From a virus, in IMG/VR virus record IMGVR_UViG_3300035492_000206: a stretch of DNA of 64,000 bases. The stretch is one strand, 5' to 3'. The notes below the pieces were generated by a model. It was not told where the DNA came from and searched no databases. It saw only the letters and a list, made by a program, of their open reading frames with translations. Each line of letters begins with the position of its first letter. The stretch's first letter is position 1. Position numbers and translations under genes: made by a program. This document shows positions 1-9,127 of this stretch, one piece after another.

Positions 1-1
1 C

Positions 2-355
2 GGTCATTCAGACAAGGGTAGTAGCGGATATGAGATCACTCAGAAAAGCGAGCAGCTGGCGAACCAGATTGTATTTCTGGCGCGATCGGTGGGATGTCAC
101 GCCACGGTCAAGCGGGTACGCAAAACCTGCACCAATACCGGAGCTCGGGGCATCTACTGGCGCGTCACCATCGGCAGGCAAGTGCATAATATCCCGGTCA
201 GGGTTTCCCGCAAGAAGATTGATAGACCTAAGCGACCGAGAAACCTGCACTTCGGCATCAAGCGCGTTGAGGCACTGGGAGAAGGCGATTACTACGGCTT
301 TGTGCTGGATGGAGATAGGCGCTTTCTTGGGTATGACTTTACCGTGCTCAGGAAT
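2..355 (+). other. C-terminal part of an intein with LAGLIDADG-type homing endonuclease, inserted in the terminase P-loop
   Basis: YEITQKSEQLANQIVFLARSVG is endonuclease-like. Block F/G reads GEGDYYGFVLDGDRRFLGYDFTVLRN and ends at Asn 353-355, followed by +1 Thr of TGKTT. Confidence 0.88.
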
Positions 356-1693
356 ACCGGCAAAACCACCTCAATCGCCAACGTGGTTCTCTGGCACATG
401 CTCTGCTTCCCGCAATCGATCACCCTGCTGACCGCCAACGACATGGATCAGCTCAAGGTGACGCTGTGGAAAGAGATCGGCGTGGCGGTGCAGCGCATCA
501 AGCGCAACCCCGAGCATGGCTGGATCGCGGACCATATCGACATACTGGCGAACGCCACCATGCGCATCAAGGGGTTTGAGGATACCTGGTTCGTTGAGTC
601 CAAGACCGCCAACGACAAGACCGCCAACAAGATGGCCGGTCGCCACGGTGAATGGCTGATGATCATCGGCGACGAGGCATCAACTCTGGGCGATAACGTG
701 CTGACCACCCTGCGCGGTGCGTTGACTGAGCAGCACAACCGTATGCTGTTGACCAGCCAGCCAACCCGAAATGCCGGGTTCTTCTGGCGCACGCATCATG
801 AGCTGGCGAAAGGCAATGGCGGGGAGTGGCACAACCTGACGTTCAGCTCGCTGGAATCGCCACTGGTATCGGATGAAGCCCTGCGTGAGCTCTGGGACAG
901 CTACGACGACGACGAACGCCGTGTGCGTCTGCTGGGGCTGTTCCCGCAAGACAGCTCCAAGCACATGATGAGCCTGCCGGATGCCATGAGCATGTATAAG
1001 CGTGGCCGCATTATCGAGCAGGGAGAGGCCTACGGCTGGCTGTGCCTGGGGGACGTTGCCAGCGGTGAGGGCGTGCGCGACAAGTCGGCTATCGTGCTGG
1101 CGCGCGTGATTGGCTACGGTGACCGCGGGCCCAATGCGCGGCGCGTCGAGGTGGTCCAGATCCCGATCCATACCAACGGCATACGATCGAACCGTATCGC
1201 GTCGGCTGCGGTTGAGGTGGCCAGCGACAAGGAGGGCGTGACCTACGTGATTGACTCCGGTGGCCTGGGTATCAACGTGTGCCAGGACCTTGAGGACATG
1301 AACAAGGTGGTGCACCGGGTGAACTGGGGCAACCCCTGCTTCCAGAACAAGAACAAGGATCGTTACCTGAACCTACGCGCTCAGGCCATGCACCAGGCTG
1401 CGAGAGCGGCGCGAGAGGGTAGGCTGTCCATTCTGACGCAGGAGCACCGAAACGCCGTACAGGCCCAATCCAGCCGCATACCGAAGACGTTCACCGATAA
1501 GGGGCGTGTGCGTGTGCCGCCGAAACACTCGACTGAGTGGGAGGGTATGGCGTCGCCTGACCTCTGGGACAGCATATGCTTCGCATTCCTGGAGAACGTG
1601 GCCTATATCCCGGTGTCGGGCGCAGCCGTGGCCGAGCGCAGCGTAGCCGAGGCGGTGGAAAGTGAGGTGGATGATCTGTTTGCTGAGGTTTAG
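2..1693 (+). CDS. Terminase large subunit, P1 PacB-like, intein-containing, 5'-truncated by the window edge
   Basis: The frame is open from base 2. Walker A remainder TGKTT, Walker B MIIGDEAS, LLTSQPTRNAGFFW coupling motif, nuclease region GDVASGEGVRDKS and C-terminal SPDLWDS. Confidence 0.92.
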   Translation, partial: GHSDKGSSGYEITQKSEQLANQIVFLARSVGCHATVKRVRKTCTNTGARGIYWRVTIGRQVHNIPVRVSRKKIDRPKRPRNLHFGIKRVEALGEGDYYGFVLDGDRRFLGYDFTVLRNTGKTTSIANVVLWHMLCFPQSITLLTANDMDQLKVTLWKEIGVAVQRIKRNPEHGWIADHIDILANATMRIKGFEDTWFVESKTANDKTANKMAGRHGEWLMIIGDEASTLGDNVLTTLRGALTEQHNRMLLTSQPTRNAGFFWRTHHELAKGNGGEWHNLTFSSLESPLVSDEALRELWDSYDDDERRVRLLGLFPQDSSKHMMSLPDAMSMYKRGRIIEQGEAYGWLCLGDVASGEGVRDKSAIVLARVIGYGDRGPNARRVEVVQIPIHTNGIRSNRIASAAVEVASDKEGVTYVIDSGGLGINVCQDLEDMNKVVHRVNWGNPCFQNKNKDRYLNLRAQAMHQAARAAREGRLSILTQEHRNAVQAQSSRIPKTFTDKGRVRVPPKHSTEWEGMASPDLWDSICFAFLENVAYIPVSGAAVAERSVAEAVESEVDDLFAEV

Positions 1694-1694
1694 C

Positions 1695-1730
1695 TTTACA
1701 TATACCACCAGTGGTATATATTGATATCAA
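1695..1730 (+). promoter_or_regulatory. Putative sigma70 promoter and palindromic operators upstream of hicB
   Basis: TTTACA (1695-1700), 16 nt spacer, TATATT (1717-1722). Perfect inverted repeat ATATACCAC-ca-GTGGTATAT (1700-1719) and palindrome TTGATATCAA (1721-1730). Confidence 0.6.
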
Positions 1731-1754
1731 GTTAAGGGATATGTGAGGCAATAC

Positions 1755-2171
1755 ATGCGATACCCAGTAGTCATTCACCATGAGTCCGGCACCGCTTATG
1801 GCGTGATCGTGCCTGATATCCCGGGCTGCTTTTCGGCGGGCGATACCTTCGATGAGGCGCTGGATAACACTCGAGAGGCCATATCGGGTCATATGTCGGC
1901 ATTGGCTGATCGGGGTGAAGTGGCTCCGGCTGCCACCAGTGTTGATGCGCACCTGAATAATCCCGATTACGCCGGGGGTGTGTGGGCGATTGTTGATCTG
2001 GACGTGTCGGCCTTCATGGGCAAGTGCGAGAAGGTTACGGTGACGCTGCCGTCATTACTGGTCAAGAAGATTGAAGATGAGGTGCGCGCGGGGCGCGCCA
2101 AGAACCGATCGTCATTCCTCGCTGATTCGGTCGTCAAGGCGATGATGCAGGATGGACGTTTCAACACTTAA
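1755..2171 (+). CDS. hicB: HicB-family antitoxin (orphan, no adjacent hicA)
   Basis: YPVVIHHESGTAYGVIVPDIPGCFSAGDTFDEALDNTREAISGH, plus C-terminal ribbon-helix-helix-like KVTVTLPSLLVKKIE. ATG at 1755 is preferred over the ORF-track start. Confidence 0.9.
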   Translation: MRYPVVIHHESGTAYGVIVPDIPGCFSAGDTFDEALDNTREAISGHMSALADRGEVAPAATSVDAHLNNPDYAGGVWAIVDLDVSAFMGKCEKVTVTLPSLLVKKIEDEVRAGRAKNRSSFLADSVVKAMMQDGRFNT

Positions 2172-2216
2172 CCGCCAGTCAGGCGGTAACCTGGAACACA
2201 AATCAAGGAGCGACAC

Positions 2217-2948
2217 ATGAAAAAACTACTAACCGTAATGGCTTCCCTGCTGGCGCTGGCGCTGGCTTCACCGGCCATAGCCATTCCTGATGCTGCAAAG
2301 CTGGTCGTGGATAGCAAAGTGGCGGGTGTTTATCGCCCCAGTATCGGTGAAGGCGGCTTGACGTACCTGATGCGCCATAATGACCAGCTTTATGCGGTAC
2401 AGGGCGATCACTCCATCCACTTCATCATTGATGAGGTGCAGGCCAAGCCTGGGGGCTATCAGCAAATGGTGCATATGCTGGATGGTGATGACGAGCTGGT
2501 TACGTTCAAGCTGGCGATGAATCAGGGAACGCTGACGTTTCCGGACGGGGATGCTGTCTACCTGACAAAGGTTCGTGAGCTGACTCGGCGTGATGTTGCA
2601 AAGGTTGAGCCTCATCTTCCGGTAGAAGAGCCTGAGCAGGCTGTTGCGGAAACTGAGTCAGGCCCAAGCTTTGACTGTGCCAAGGCCGGCAACCAGATTG
2701 AATTCCTGATCTGTGGAAGCAGTGCGTTGTCCTCAATGGATCTTGCCATGGCGACCGGCTACAAAACACTGTTGAGCTATGCAGGCGACGAAGAAGGCAA
2801 GGCGTACATCCGCAATCAGCAGCGTGAATGGATTGGCAAGCGCAACACCTGCAGGAATGCGGACTGCCTGATGCAAAGCTATAACGAGCGACTGCTTTTC
2901 ATTGGCGATATGATCGAATACCTGAACAACCCTGATAACTTTAAGTGA
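2217..2948 (+). CDS. Secreted protein with C-terminal LprI/DUF1311 (lysozyme-inhibitor family) domain
   Basis: Signal peptide MKKLLTVMASLLALALASPAIA. PSFDCAKA...IEFLIC....LSSMD...QQREWIGKRNTC...CLMQSYNERL pattern. AAGGAG SD. Confidence 0.75.
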   Translation: MKKLLTVMASLLALALASPAIAIPDAAKLVVDSKVAGVYRPSIGEGGLTYLMRHNDQLYAVQGDHSIHFIIDEVQAKPGGYQQMVHMLDGDDELVTFKLAMNQGTLTFPDGDAVYLTKVRELTRRDVAKVEPHLPVEEPEQAVAETESGPSFDCAKAGNQIEFLICGSSALSSMDLAMATGYKTLLSYAGDEEGKAYIRNQQREWIGKRNTCRNADCLMQSYNERLLFIGDMIEYLNNPDNFK

Positions 2949-2962
2949 TCGGCACCTGAACC

Positions 2963-3003
2963 GGAAACCTGCCAGCAGGCGACCGGCGTAACACCCCTAC
3001 CAT
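2963..3003 (+). promoter_or_regulatory. Putative phage late promoter (GGAAA-N30-TACCAT)
   Basis: GGAAA at 2963 and -10-like TACCAT at 2998. Same geometry as six other late-operon heads. Confidence 0.65.
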
Positions 3004-3035
3004 AGCCCTCAATGCAACTGCACTGAGGGCTTTTT
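3004..3035 (+). terminator. Rho-independent terminator closing the hicB-lprI moron
   Basis: AGCCCTCA...TGAGGGCT stem followed by a T run. Confidence 0.75.
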
Positions 3036-3036
3036 C

Positions 3037-3885
3037 ATGCAGCAACCACCGATCATTACCTACAACCTGAAAGAGCGTGGCCGCAAGTATCGCGGCGTTG
3101 AGCGCAACTTCGATATCCCGTCTCTGGTCGCATCGATCAACGGCCCTGCTACCCAGGAGCGTGTCAAAACCCGCGGCATGCTGGGGTACTTCGGCCACTG
3201 GCCGCGCCTGCGCTTTGGTATGGAGCCTGCAGAGGGTGGCATTGCCGATGGAAAGGCGCAGTCAATCGAGCCTGCTGTGGTGACTGTGTACCTGAAAGCG
3301 CACCCCGATGGCACTGTGGAGCACCAAACCGAGTTCTTGGACACCGAAACCGGACAGCTGGCAGCGCGCATGTATGCCAACCGTGTAGGCGGATTCAGCT
3401 CGGCGATTGATATGGATGCGCCTGAGCTGTATGGCTTCGACTGGGTGAATGACCCCAACTACTCCACCAATCGCGGCTATGAGCTGGCGCTGGATTCTGC
3501 AGCTGATGGCGGTATGTCCATCACCGACGTGATCCTGGCTGAGCAGCAAGAGAAGATCGAGGCGCAGCGTCTGCTGATCGATACCATGGAGCGCAGCATG
3601 GGGCTGGCGCTGGATGCAGCATCCCGACTTGAGCAGGACAACAACGAATTGCTGGATCTGCTGGCGCGACAGAATGCGGCTGCAGCCAAAGTCACTGATA
3701 ACCGACTGGCGTTCGATGATGTGGTGACCGGTGGCGCTAATCCTGAGGCTGTGCGCATGAAGCGTGAGTCCAAGCAGTTCATGGACTCGGCACTGCCGAC
3801 CTTCCTGATCCCGGAAGAGGTCGATAACGACGAGGCTGAAGCGGAATACCTGAGCCTGTCCCGCCGGGTGGTGCCGCATGTTTGA
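3037..3885 (+). CDS. Prohead/head-processing protease, P1 Pro-like
   Basis: MLGYFGHWPR...EPAVVTVYLKAHPDGTVEHQTEFLDTETG...RVGGFSSAI...DWVNDPNY parallels P1 Pro motifs as I recall them. Coiled-coil C-terminus. Confidence 0.75.
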   Translation: MQQPPIITYNLKERGRKYRGVERNFDIPSLVASINGPATQERVKTRGMLGYFGHWPRLRFGMEPAEGGIADGKAQSIEPAVVTVYLKAHPDGTVEHQTEFLDTETGQLAARMYANRVGGFSSAIDMDAPELYGFDWVNDPNYSTNRGYELALDSAADGGMSITDVILAEQQEKIEAQRLLIDTMERSMGLALDAASRLEQDNNELLDLLARQNAAAAKVTDNRLAFDDVVTGGANPEAVRMKRESKQFMDSALPTFLIPEEVDNDEAEAEYLSLSRRVVPHV

Positions 3886-4597
3886 GCCGGTCAAGGCTGG
3901 CCTGGGGGGATTCATGCACCGGTTTTATGCCGGTGTAGTGCCCACCACCACCAGTATGCATGAGTTCGTTGCGCGCGGCTTTCCCTACTGCGTTGCCTGG
4001 GCGCCTACGCGCATGGTCGACAAGGCTGAGGAGATGCTGGCCGCCTGGAACAAAAATGATACCGATCAGGGCGCGACCCGTCCGCCAAAGCTGCCGGTCG
4101 TGCTGGTGGCTGTGGCCAAGGACTACACCCCGATCAGCCGTGACTTCGGCACTCAGATTGCTGATCCAATCGATGTGTTCATTCCGGACGACCCCAAGCA
4201 CCGCTATTTCGAGATGCGCCTGATTCAGGGGGAGATACGGGCGCAGATCGCAATCTTTGCGCATGACGAACCCACGGCCAAAAGTCTTGCCGCCCAGTTC
4301 CTGCTGTTTCTGGACAGTCCAAGCAATCGCGGCTTCAAGGCGGTGTTCCCGTTTGCAGGCGTCGACAATGAGTTTCCGGTACAGATCGAAGCGCCGGACA
4401 ACCCCGCCATGAATATCGACACCGGCAGCAAGAATATGACCGTGTTGGCCGTCGACCTGACCCTGAAATGCTCTGTGCCGTTGTTCCAGGCACCTGCTGA
4501 GGGTGAGCCTAACGACGGCAAAGGTGTGCCGGGCACAGATGACCCTGCAGGCTACCCGCTGGTCGAGGTGGTGGATACCACGGCCAAGGAGGTCTGA
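3878..4597 (+). CDS. Tail terminator-like structural protein (P1 gp24-like)
   Basis: KLPVVLVAV...RAQIAIFAHDEPTAKSLAAQFLLFL...LAVDLTLKCSVPLF resembles gp24. Located in a late operon. Confidence 0.55.
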   Translation: MFEPVKAGLGGFMHRFYAGVVPTTTSMHEFVARGFPYCVAWAPTRMVDKAEEMLAAWNKNDTDQGATRPPKLPVVLVAVAKDYTPISRDFGTQIADPIDVFIPDDPKHRYFEMRLIQGEIRAQIAIFAHDEPTAKSLAAQFLLFLDSPSNRGFKAVFPFAGVDNEFPVQIEAPDNPAMNIDTGSKNMTVLAVDLTLKCSVPLFQAPAEGEPNDGKGVPGTDDPAGYPLVEVVDTTAKEV

Positions 4598-5103
4598 TGC
4601 TCAAGATTCAGGCGAATATTCAGGGCTACATGGGTAAGCCGACCACGGTGCTGGCCGCACTGGATGAAGAGACCGGTATTCTGGTCGTTGCCAAGTCGGT
4701 GCCGATGATTGCGCGCTTTGAGGACAGCTTTCTCATTGCTGCTGATCAGCACGGTGACCGTGATTCGCTGTTTACCGATAGCGATCTGGCCGGGGCGATC
4801 AGCGGTTATTTCAAACTCAAGGGTTCGGTGGCAGAGGATGGCATTACCAGCTGCCTGCGCTTTCGCGAGCTTGCGGCAACGGCTGATCCGGCGGCGGTGA
4901 TTGAGCATGATGGCGTCGATGTAAGCGGTCCCAAGTACCGTATCGCGCCGGATGCCAGTAACGCCCATATCGCCACGCTGGCCATTTGCGCTTATGCCGC
5001 CCGTCATACCGCGATCGATGACACCCTGAGCATGGCTGACGACATTATGGATGTGATGCGGATCATGGACGGCCATGTACTGACGATAGGATTGCATGAC
5101 TGA
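4597..5103 (+). CDS. Conserved phage hypothetical (late operon)
   Basis: 168 aa ORF translationally coupled to both neighbours. Confidence 0.7.
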   Translation: MLKIQANIQGYMGKPTTVLAALDEETGILVVAKSVPMIARFEDSFLIAADQHGDRDSLFTDSDLAGAISGYFKLKGSVAEDGITSCLRFRELAATADPAAVIEHDGVDVSGPKYRIAPDASNAHIATLAICAYAARHTAIDDTLSMADDIMDVMRIMDGHVLTIGLHD

Positions 5104-5438
5104 TGCTTGATCAAAACAACCAAGCGGCCCGTGTGTTCTGGCGACTGGTGCGCGACTTTGCTGAATCGAAAAAGCCCTGGGATGAGGCGATTAACTATGA
5201 CGTGCGCCCGGATGAGCGCTGGGACGCCACGCTGGTGTCTCAACGTGTGTATGGCCGCCGATCCGAGTACATGACCGTTATGGCGGCTGCCGGTATTAGC
5301 TCCGTAGATGAGCCTCTGGAACAGGGCCGTATCGTGCTGCCTACTGAGTCGCAGCTGCGTCAACTCAAGTTCAAGGCAGGTTTCGAGTCGCGCCATGACT
5401 ACCGTGAAAAGGGTGCGCCCACCTGGAGAACTGACTGA
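5103..5438 (+). CDS. LysM/tail-X-like baseplate protein (P1 PmgA-like)
   Basis: ERWDATLVSQRVYGRRSEYMTVMAAAG...LEQGRIVLPT is a LysM-like pattern. Confidence 0.6.
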   Translation: MLDQNNQAARVFWRLVRDFAESKKPWDEAINYDVRPDERWDATLVSQRVYGRRSEYMTVMAAAGISSVDEPLEQGRIVLPTESQLRQLKFKAGFESRHDYREKGAPTWRTD

Positions 5439-6511
5439 TGGCCGGTGATGAAACGCTGATCGGTAAGCTGTCGGGCACGGTTGCCGAAGCCAAAGCGCTT
5501 GCCAGGCAGGATGCTGCGGCACGGAAGCGCGCGCCGCGCATCCTCAATCCGGATGATCTGCGCGGGAATGTCGACGACTTCGATGCTGCTGATCTTCTGA
5601 CCACGACGCTCAATACGCCTGATGGAAAGCCCCGGCCACTGACTGCGGATGATCTTGCTGCTTTCCGGCAAAACGTGCGGATGCTGGGTAAGCGGTTCAA
5701 GGGTGGCATCAACCCCCGCCAGGTCATCGATATGTCGACGGCCATTGACCGCAAACGGGCACGGGAGGAGATATTGGTGGCCGTGCCGGGTAGCTCGGTA
5801 GCTACAAAGGTAGGTGGGCAGGTGAACGGCTTAGAAGTGCGCTTTCTGACCAGTGCCAGCCGCAAATACGGCGCAACACGGCACTTTGTCACGGTCAACT
5901 TCACCGATTACCCCGTTGCGATTGCATCGGGCGCGGATGAAGCGAAGGGGGCGGCGGAGAGGATGCGTAAGCAGGCCGTGCGCTTTGATTGCGACTGTGG
6001 CCGCCACCGCTACTGGTATCGCTATGTGGCCACCATTGGTAACTACCATGCCGGGCGGCCTGAAAACGGCTACCCCAAGGTGCGCAACCCCAATCTGACC
6101 GGCGTAGCCTGCAAGCACGTTTTGCGCGTGATGGCAGAGATTGAAGGCAATTCGTCCGTGCAGTCATTTCTCACTCGGGCGATTGAAAAAGGCCGCAAAT
6201 CTGCCGATGGCTCGGCCAATATCCGCACCCGGCAGAAAGACGCCGATAAGCAGGCAGCTAAGCAGGCAGCACGACCCAAGGCGTCCGGGAATACAGGGGA
6301 TGCTGATTATGACCGATCTCGTGCCGCGCTGCGCAAGCAGAGTCGGGCCACCACCACAAAGCCCAAGCGTGTGGCGTCCGGTAGCAAGCGCATGGCAGCA
6401 CTGGCCGATGTGAGCAACGCTGAGGCCGAGAAGATGTTTATGGAGCTGGCAGCCAAGATTGGCGTAGGCAAAGCCGACCAGCTCATACAAAAAATGAGGG
6501 ACAAAAAATAA
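5438..6511 (+). CDS. Morphogenetic protein with SWIM-like zinc finger (P1 Pmg-like)
   Basis: FDCDCGRHRYWYRY...PKVRNPNLTGVACKHVLRVM (CxC...CxH). Basic C-terminal tail. Confidence 0.6.
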   Translation: MAGDETLIGKLSGTVAEAKALARQDAAARKRAPRILNPDDLRGNVDDFDAADLLTTTLNTPDGKPRPLTADDLAAFRQNVRMLGKRFKGGINPRQVIDMSTAIDRKRAREEILVAVPGSSVATKVGGQVNGLEVRFLTSASRKYGATRHFVTVNFTDYPVAIASGADEAKGAAERMRKQAVRFDCDCGRHRYWYRYVATIGNYHAGRPENGYPKVRNPNLTGVACKHVLRVMAEIEGNSSVQSFLTRAIEKGRKSADGSANIRTRQKDADKQAAKQAARPKASGNTGDADYDRSRAALRKQSRATTTKPKRVASGSKRMAALADVSNAEAEKMFMELAAKIGVGKADQLIQKMRDKK

Positions 6512-7023
6512 TGCTGAACCGCATCCCTATGGGCATCAATGCGATGGCCCGCAATGTGATCATCAACCACCCCAATGCCTTCAATTGCGAGGTGTACCGC
6601 AAGGAAGTGACGCGCACTGATCCCGAGGCCGGTGGCGCACCCACGCTGGGCGGCATGATGGTGTTGAGCTCTGATGATGAGTCCGAGGTGAAGTGGGCGT
6701 TTGTCGGCATGGGCTATTCACTGCCCGCCGATATGTTCCAGGGCGCCTCGATGATGGATCGGCGTGACGCTGCCCTGGGGGAAGAACAGCACCGCTTCCT
6801 GATCGAACCTGAGGAGATGATCGGCAACCCCGGCGGCTTCGAGATCAAGAAAAAGGACGTGATCTATCTACTCCTGGGCGAAGGAGAAGCGGCAGCCAAG
6901 GTGGCGTATGAGATTGTCGACGTGGAAGCCACGGTCAACGTGCCGCCGTATGTGTCGCGCTATATCACCAACCGGCGCGCCGATCTGGACCTGATGCCGG
7001 GGGAGGAGGCGGTAGAGCCATGA
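6511..7023 (+). CDS. Putative head-closure/neck protein
   Basis: 170 aa, beta-rich, in the P1-like late operon. Assignment mainly by context. Confidence 0.45.
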   Translation: MLNRIPMGINAMARNVIINHPNAFNCEVYRKEVTRTDPEAGGAPTLGGMMVLSSDDESEVKWAFVGMGYSLPADMFQGASMMDRRDAALGEEQHRFLIEPEEMIGNPGGFEIKKKDVIYLLLGEGEAAAKVAYEIVDVEATVNVPPYVSRYITNRRADLDLMPGEEAVEP

Positions 7024-7316
7024 TCAATCGAACCCATATTGAACACACTGTTGCAGCAATTGCCATCCAGTCGCTTATCGCCCTGACTGGGCTTGCAGAT
7101 TGGTGGGCCTCCGGCGCAATCGCCTGTGCCGTCTTCCTGGGGCGGGAAATAGCCCAGCATGAATACAAGCATGCCATCAACAACGGCTGGTCGTGGGGCC
7201 AGCCGCTACCGATCAAAGGGTATGAGGGTGTCATAAGCGGATGGACCCTGGATTCCATGCTTGATGTGGTCATCCCTGCTGCTGCCTGCTCCCTGATAGC
7301 CGTCTGCCTGTCGTAG
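7020..7316 (+). CDS. Small membrane protein
   Basis: Three hydrophobic segments. ATGA overlap with the upstream gene. Confidence 0.6.
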   Translation: MINRTHIEHTVAAIAIQSLIALTGLADWWASGAIACAVFLGREIAQHEYKHAINNGWSWGQPLPIKGYEGVISGWTLDSMLDVVIPAAACSLIAVCLS

Positions 7317-7328
7317 GCGGCTTTAACC

Positions 7329-7369
7329 GGAAAATCACCCGAAAGACACGCTCGCAATCGCCGCACACT
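7329..7369 (+). promoter_or_regulatory. Putative phage late promoter (GGAAA-N30-CACACT) for the capsid operon
   Basis: GGAAA at 7329, CACACT at 7364. Confidence 0.65.
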
Positions 7370-7431
7370 GTCTCCACCCGGCCGATTTGGTCGGCTCTAT
7401 TTCCCCAATTGAGATTACGGAGATACAACTC

Positions 7432-9114
7432 ATGGCGAAGAAACAAGACCACACTCGCCGGGCAACCAGCGAAGCGGCCAACTTCGTTGCCGGGCTGAAG
7501 AACGAGTCCATCAAGGGCGGTGCGTTTGATAGCGCTGCAGCTACCGAATTCGTGGACAACGCTCTGGACCGTGCCGGTTCCGTCAAGGTGCCGGAAACCC
7601 TGCAGGCTGTGTTCGATGAAGCCGACGAAAAACAGAAGCGCATGATCACCCGTGCCATTCTGGACGGCGCGGCCAACTACGAGAAGATGCACGGCACCGA
7701 AGCGCCGGGCGACCTGCTGGAGCAGGCAATGCACCTGGCTTACGGCACCACTCGTGTGGCCGCCAAGAAGCTGGCGCTGGATAGCGCAACCTCTGACAAC
7801 CATGATGCCCTGTCTCTGCAGCCAAATCGCGCTGTCGTGGCGATCCTGTCCACTCTGAGCGAGGCAATCCCGTTCGCGCATTACCTGCCTGCAGACCTGC
7901 AGTCGAACGAAGCGCGTCTGGCGATCATGACGCACCAGGCTGGCTCCACGTTCGGTGCCTACCAGCAGGGCGGCCTGATGGATGGCGTGAGCTCAGGCGA
8001 CCGCTATATCTCCACCAGCCGTGAGCATATGTGCGAGATCGTGCTGGATACTGGCGTGCCAACCGGTGCAATCACCGGCAAGCTGACCGCCATTCAGGAC
8101 ACCGACAGCACCTGCGATCCTGCAGCTGCAGCCGTGCCCCTGCTGCGTGGACGCTCCATTGTGTACGTCAACGGTCGCGTTGCCGCTACCGAGATCAGCA
8201 CCTCTGGCTCCGGTAACTCCAGTGTATCCGGTCAGATCGAAGTGGCCGGCACCGTTCATCAGATCGGCGGCACCATCAACACCGATACCGGTGTTATCGC
8301 ACTGACGGCCACCCCGGCACTGCCGGAAGGCAATGAAGTGCTGGTGGAAGGCTTCATCGACTACGAGCGTGACGACACTCTGACGCCGCGTGTGATCACC
8401 GACGTTGAAGTGTTCTCGCTGTACGCGAAGCCGTGGCGCGTGATCACTACTCAGTCTATCGATGCTCGCACTCAGATGAGTAACGAACTGGGTCTGGATC
8501 CGTACTCTGAGGGCGTGATTGCCATTCAGGGTCAGTTTGCCAACGAGCGTCACTACGACGTGCTGCGCAAGGCTAAGCGTCTGTCTGCAGGCAATCAGGA
8601 AACTTTCGACTTTGCGTGGGCAACCCGCGGCGATTACAAGACCCGCGCCGATGTGATGCGCGACCTGTCGTCTGTCCTGGGCAAGCTGTCTCAGAAGATG
8701 GCCAACGACACCATGAACCACGGCATTACCCACCTGTACGTGGGCGACCTGATGGGCGCCATCATGCAGGGTCTGCCGTTGGATATCTGGCAGCCGTCTG
8801 GCGTCTCCGAGCGTCCGGGTATCTACCGTCTGGGTCGCCTGTTCGGCAAGTATGACGTGTACTACGCGCCGAAAGTGGTCATGGAAGCCGTTGATGGCAG
8901 CGCTGCAGAGATCATCTGTGTAGGTCAGGCAACCGACGTAACCCGCAACCCGTTCGTGCTGGGTGATGCCGTTGCGCCGACCGTGATCCCGCTGTCTACC
9001 GGCGCTGATCTCAAGTCCGGCGCGGGCTTCTACGCGCGCAATTTCACCGCCGTTAACCCGCATAACCCGTCTTCCAAGGCGTGTGCGCGGATCAACGTCA
9101 CCAACCTGATCTAA
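7432..9114 (+). CDS. Major capsid protein, P1 gp23-like
   Basis: AGSTFGAY, VPLLRGRSIVYVNG, NELGLD and NPFVLGDAVAP motifs parallel P1 gp23. Strong codon bias. ATG at 7432 after GGAG. Confidence 0.88.
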   Translation: MAKKQDHTRRATSEAANFVAGLKNESIKGGAFDSAAATEFVDNALDRAGSVKVPETLQAVFDEADEKQKRMITRAILDGAANYEKMHGTEAPGDLLEQAMHLAYGTTRVAAKKLALDSATSDNHDALSLQPNRAVVAILSTLSEAIPFAHYLPADLQSNEARLAIMTHQAGSTFGAYQQGGLMDGVSSGDRYISTSREHMCEIVLDTGVPTGAITGKLTAIQDTDSTCDPAAAAVPLLRGRSIVYVNGRVAATEISTSGSGNSSVSGQIEVAGTVHQIGGTINTDTGVIALTATPALPEGNEVLVEGFIDYERDDTLTPRVITDVEVFSLYAKPWRVITTQSIDARTQMSNELGLDPYSEGVIAIQGQFANERHYDVLRKAKRLSAGNQETFDFAWATRGDYKTRADVMRDLSSVLGKLSQKMANDTMNHGITHLYVGDLMGAIMQGLPLDIWQPSGVSERPGIYRLGRLFGKYDVYYAPKVVMEAVDGSAAEIICVGQATDVTRNPFVLGDAVAPTVIPLSTGADLKSGAGFYARNFTAVNPHNPSSKACARINVTNLI

Positions 9115-9127
9115 CCGAGGTGCGCCA

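Noticed and set aside
1266-1276. TGGGTATCAAC in the terminase matches part of spacer 8
   Set aside because: Only 11 nt with divergent flanks, which is chance level. Not self-targeting.
7301-7326. GTAGGCGGCTT (7313-7323), identical to the 3' part of the CRISPR repeat
   Set aside because: An 11-nt match is expected by chance. The stem has a wobble and a 7-nt loop, unlike a Cas6f substrate.
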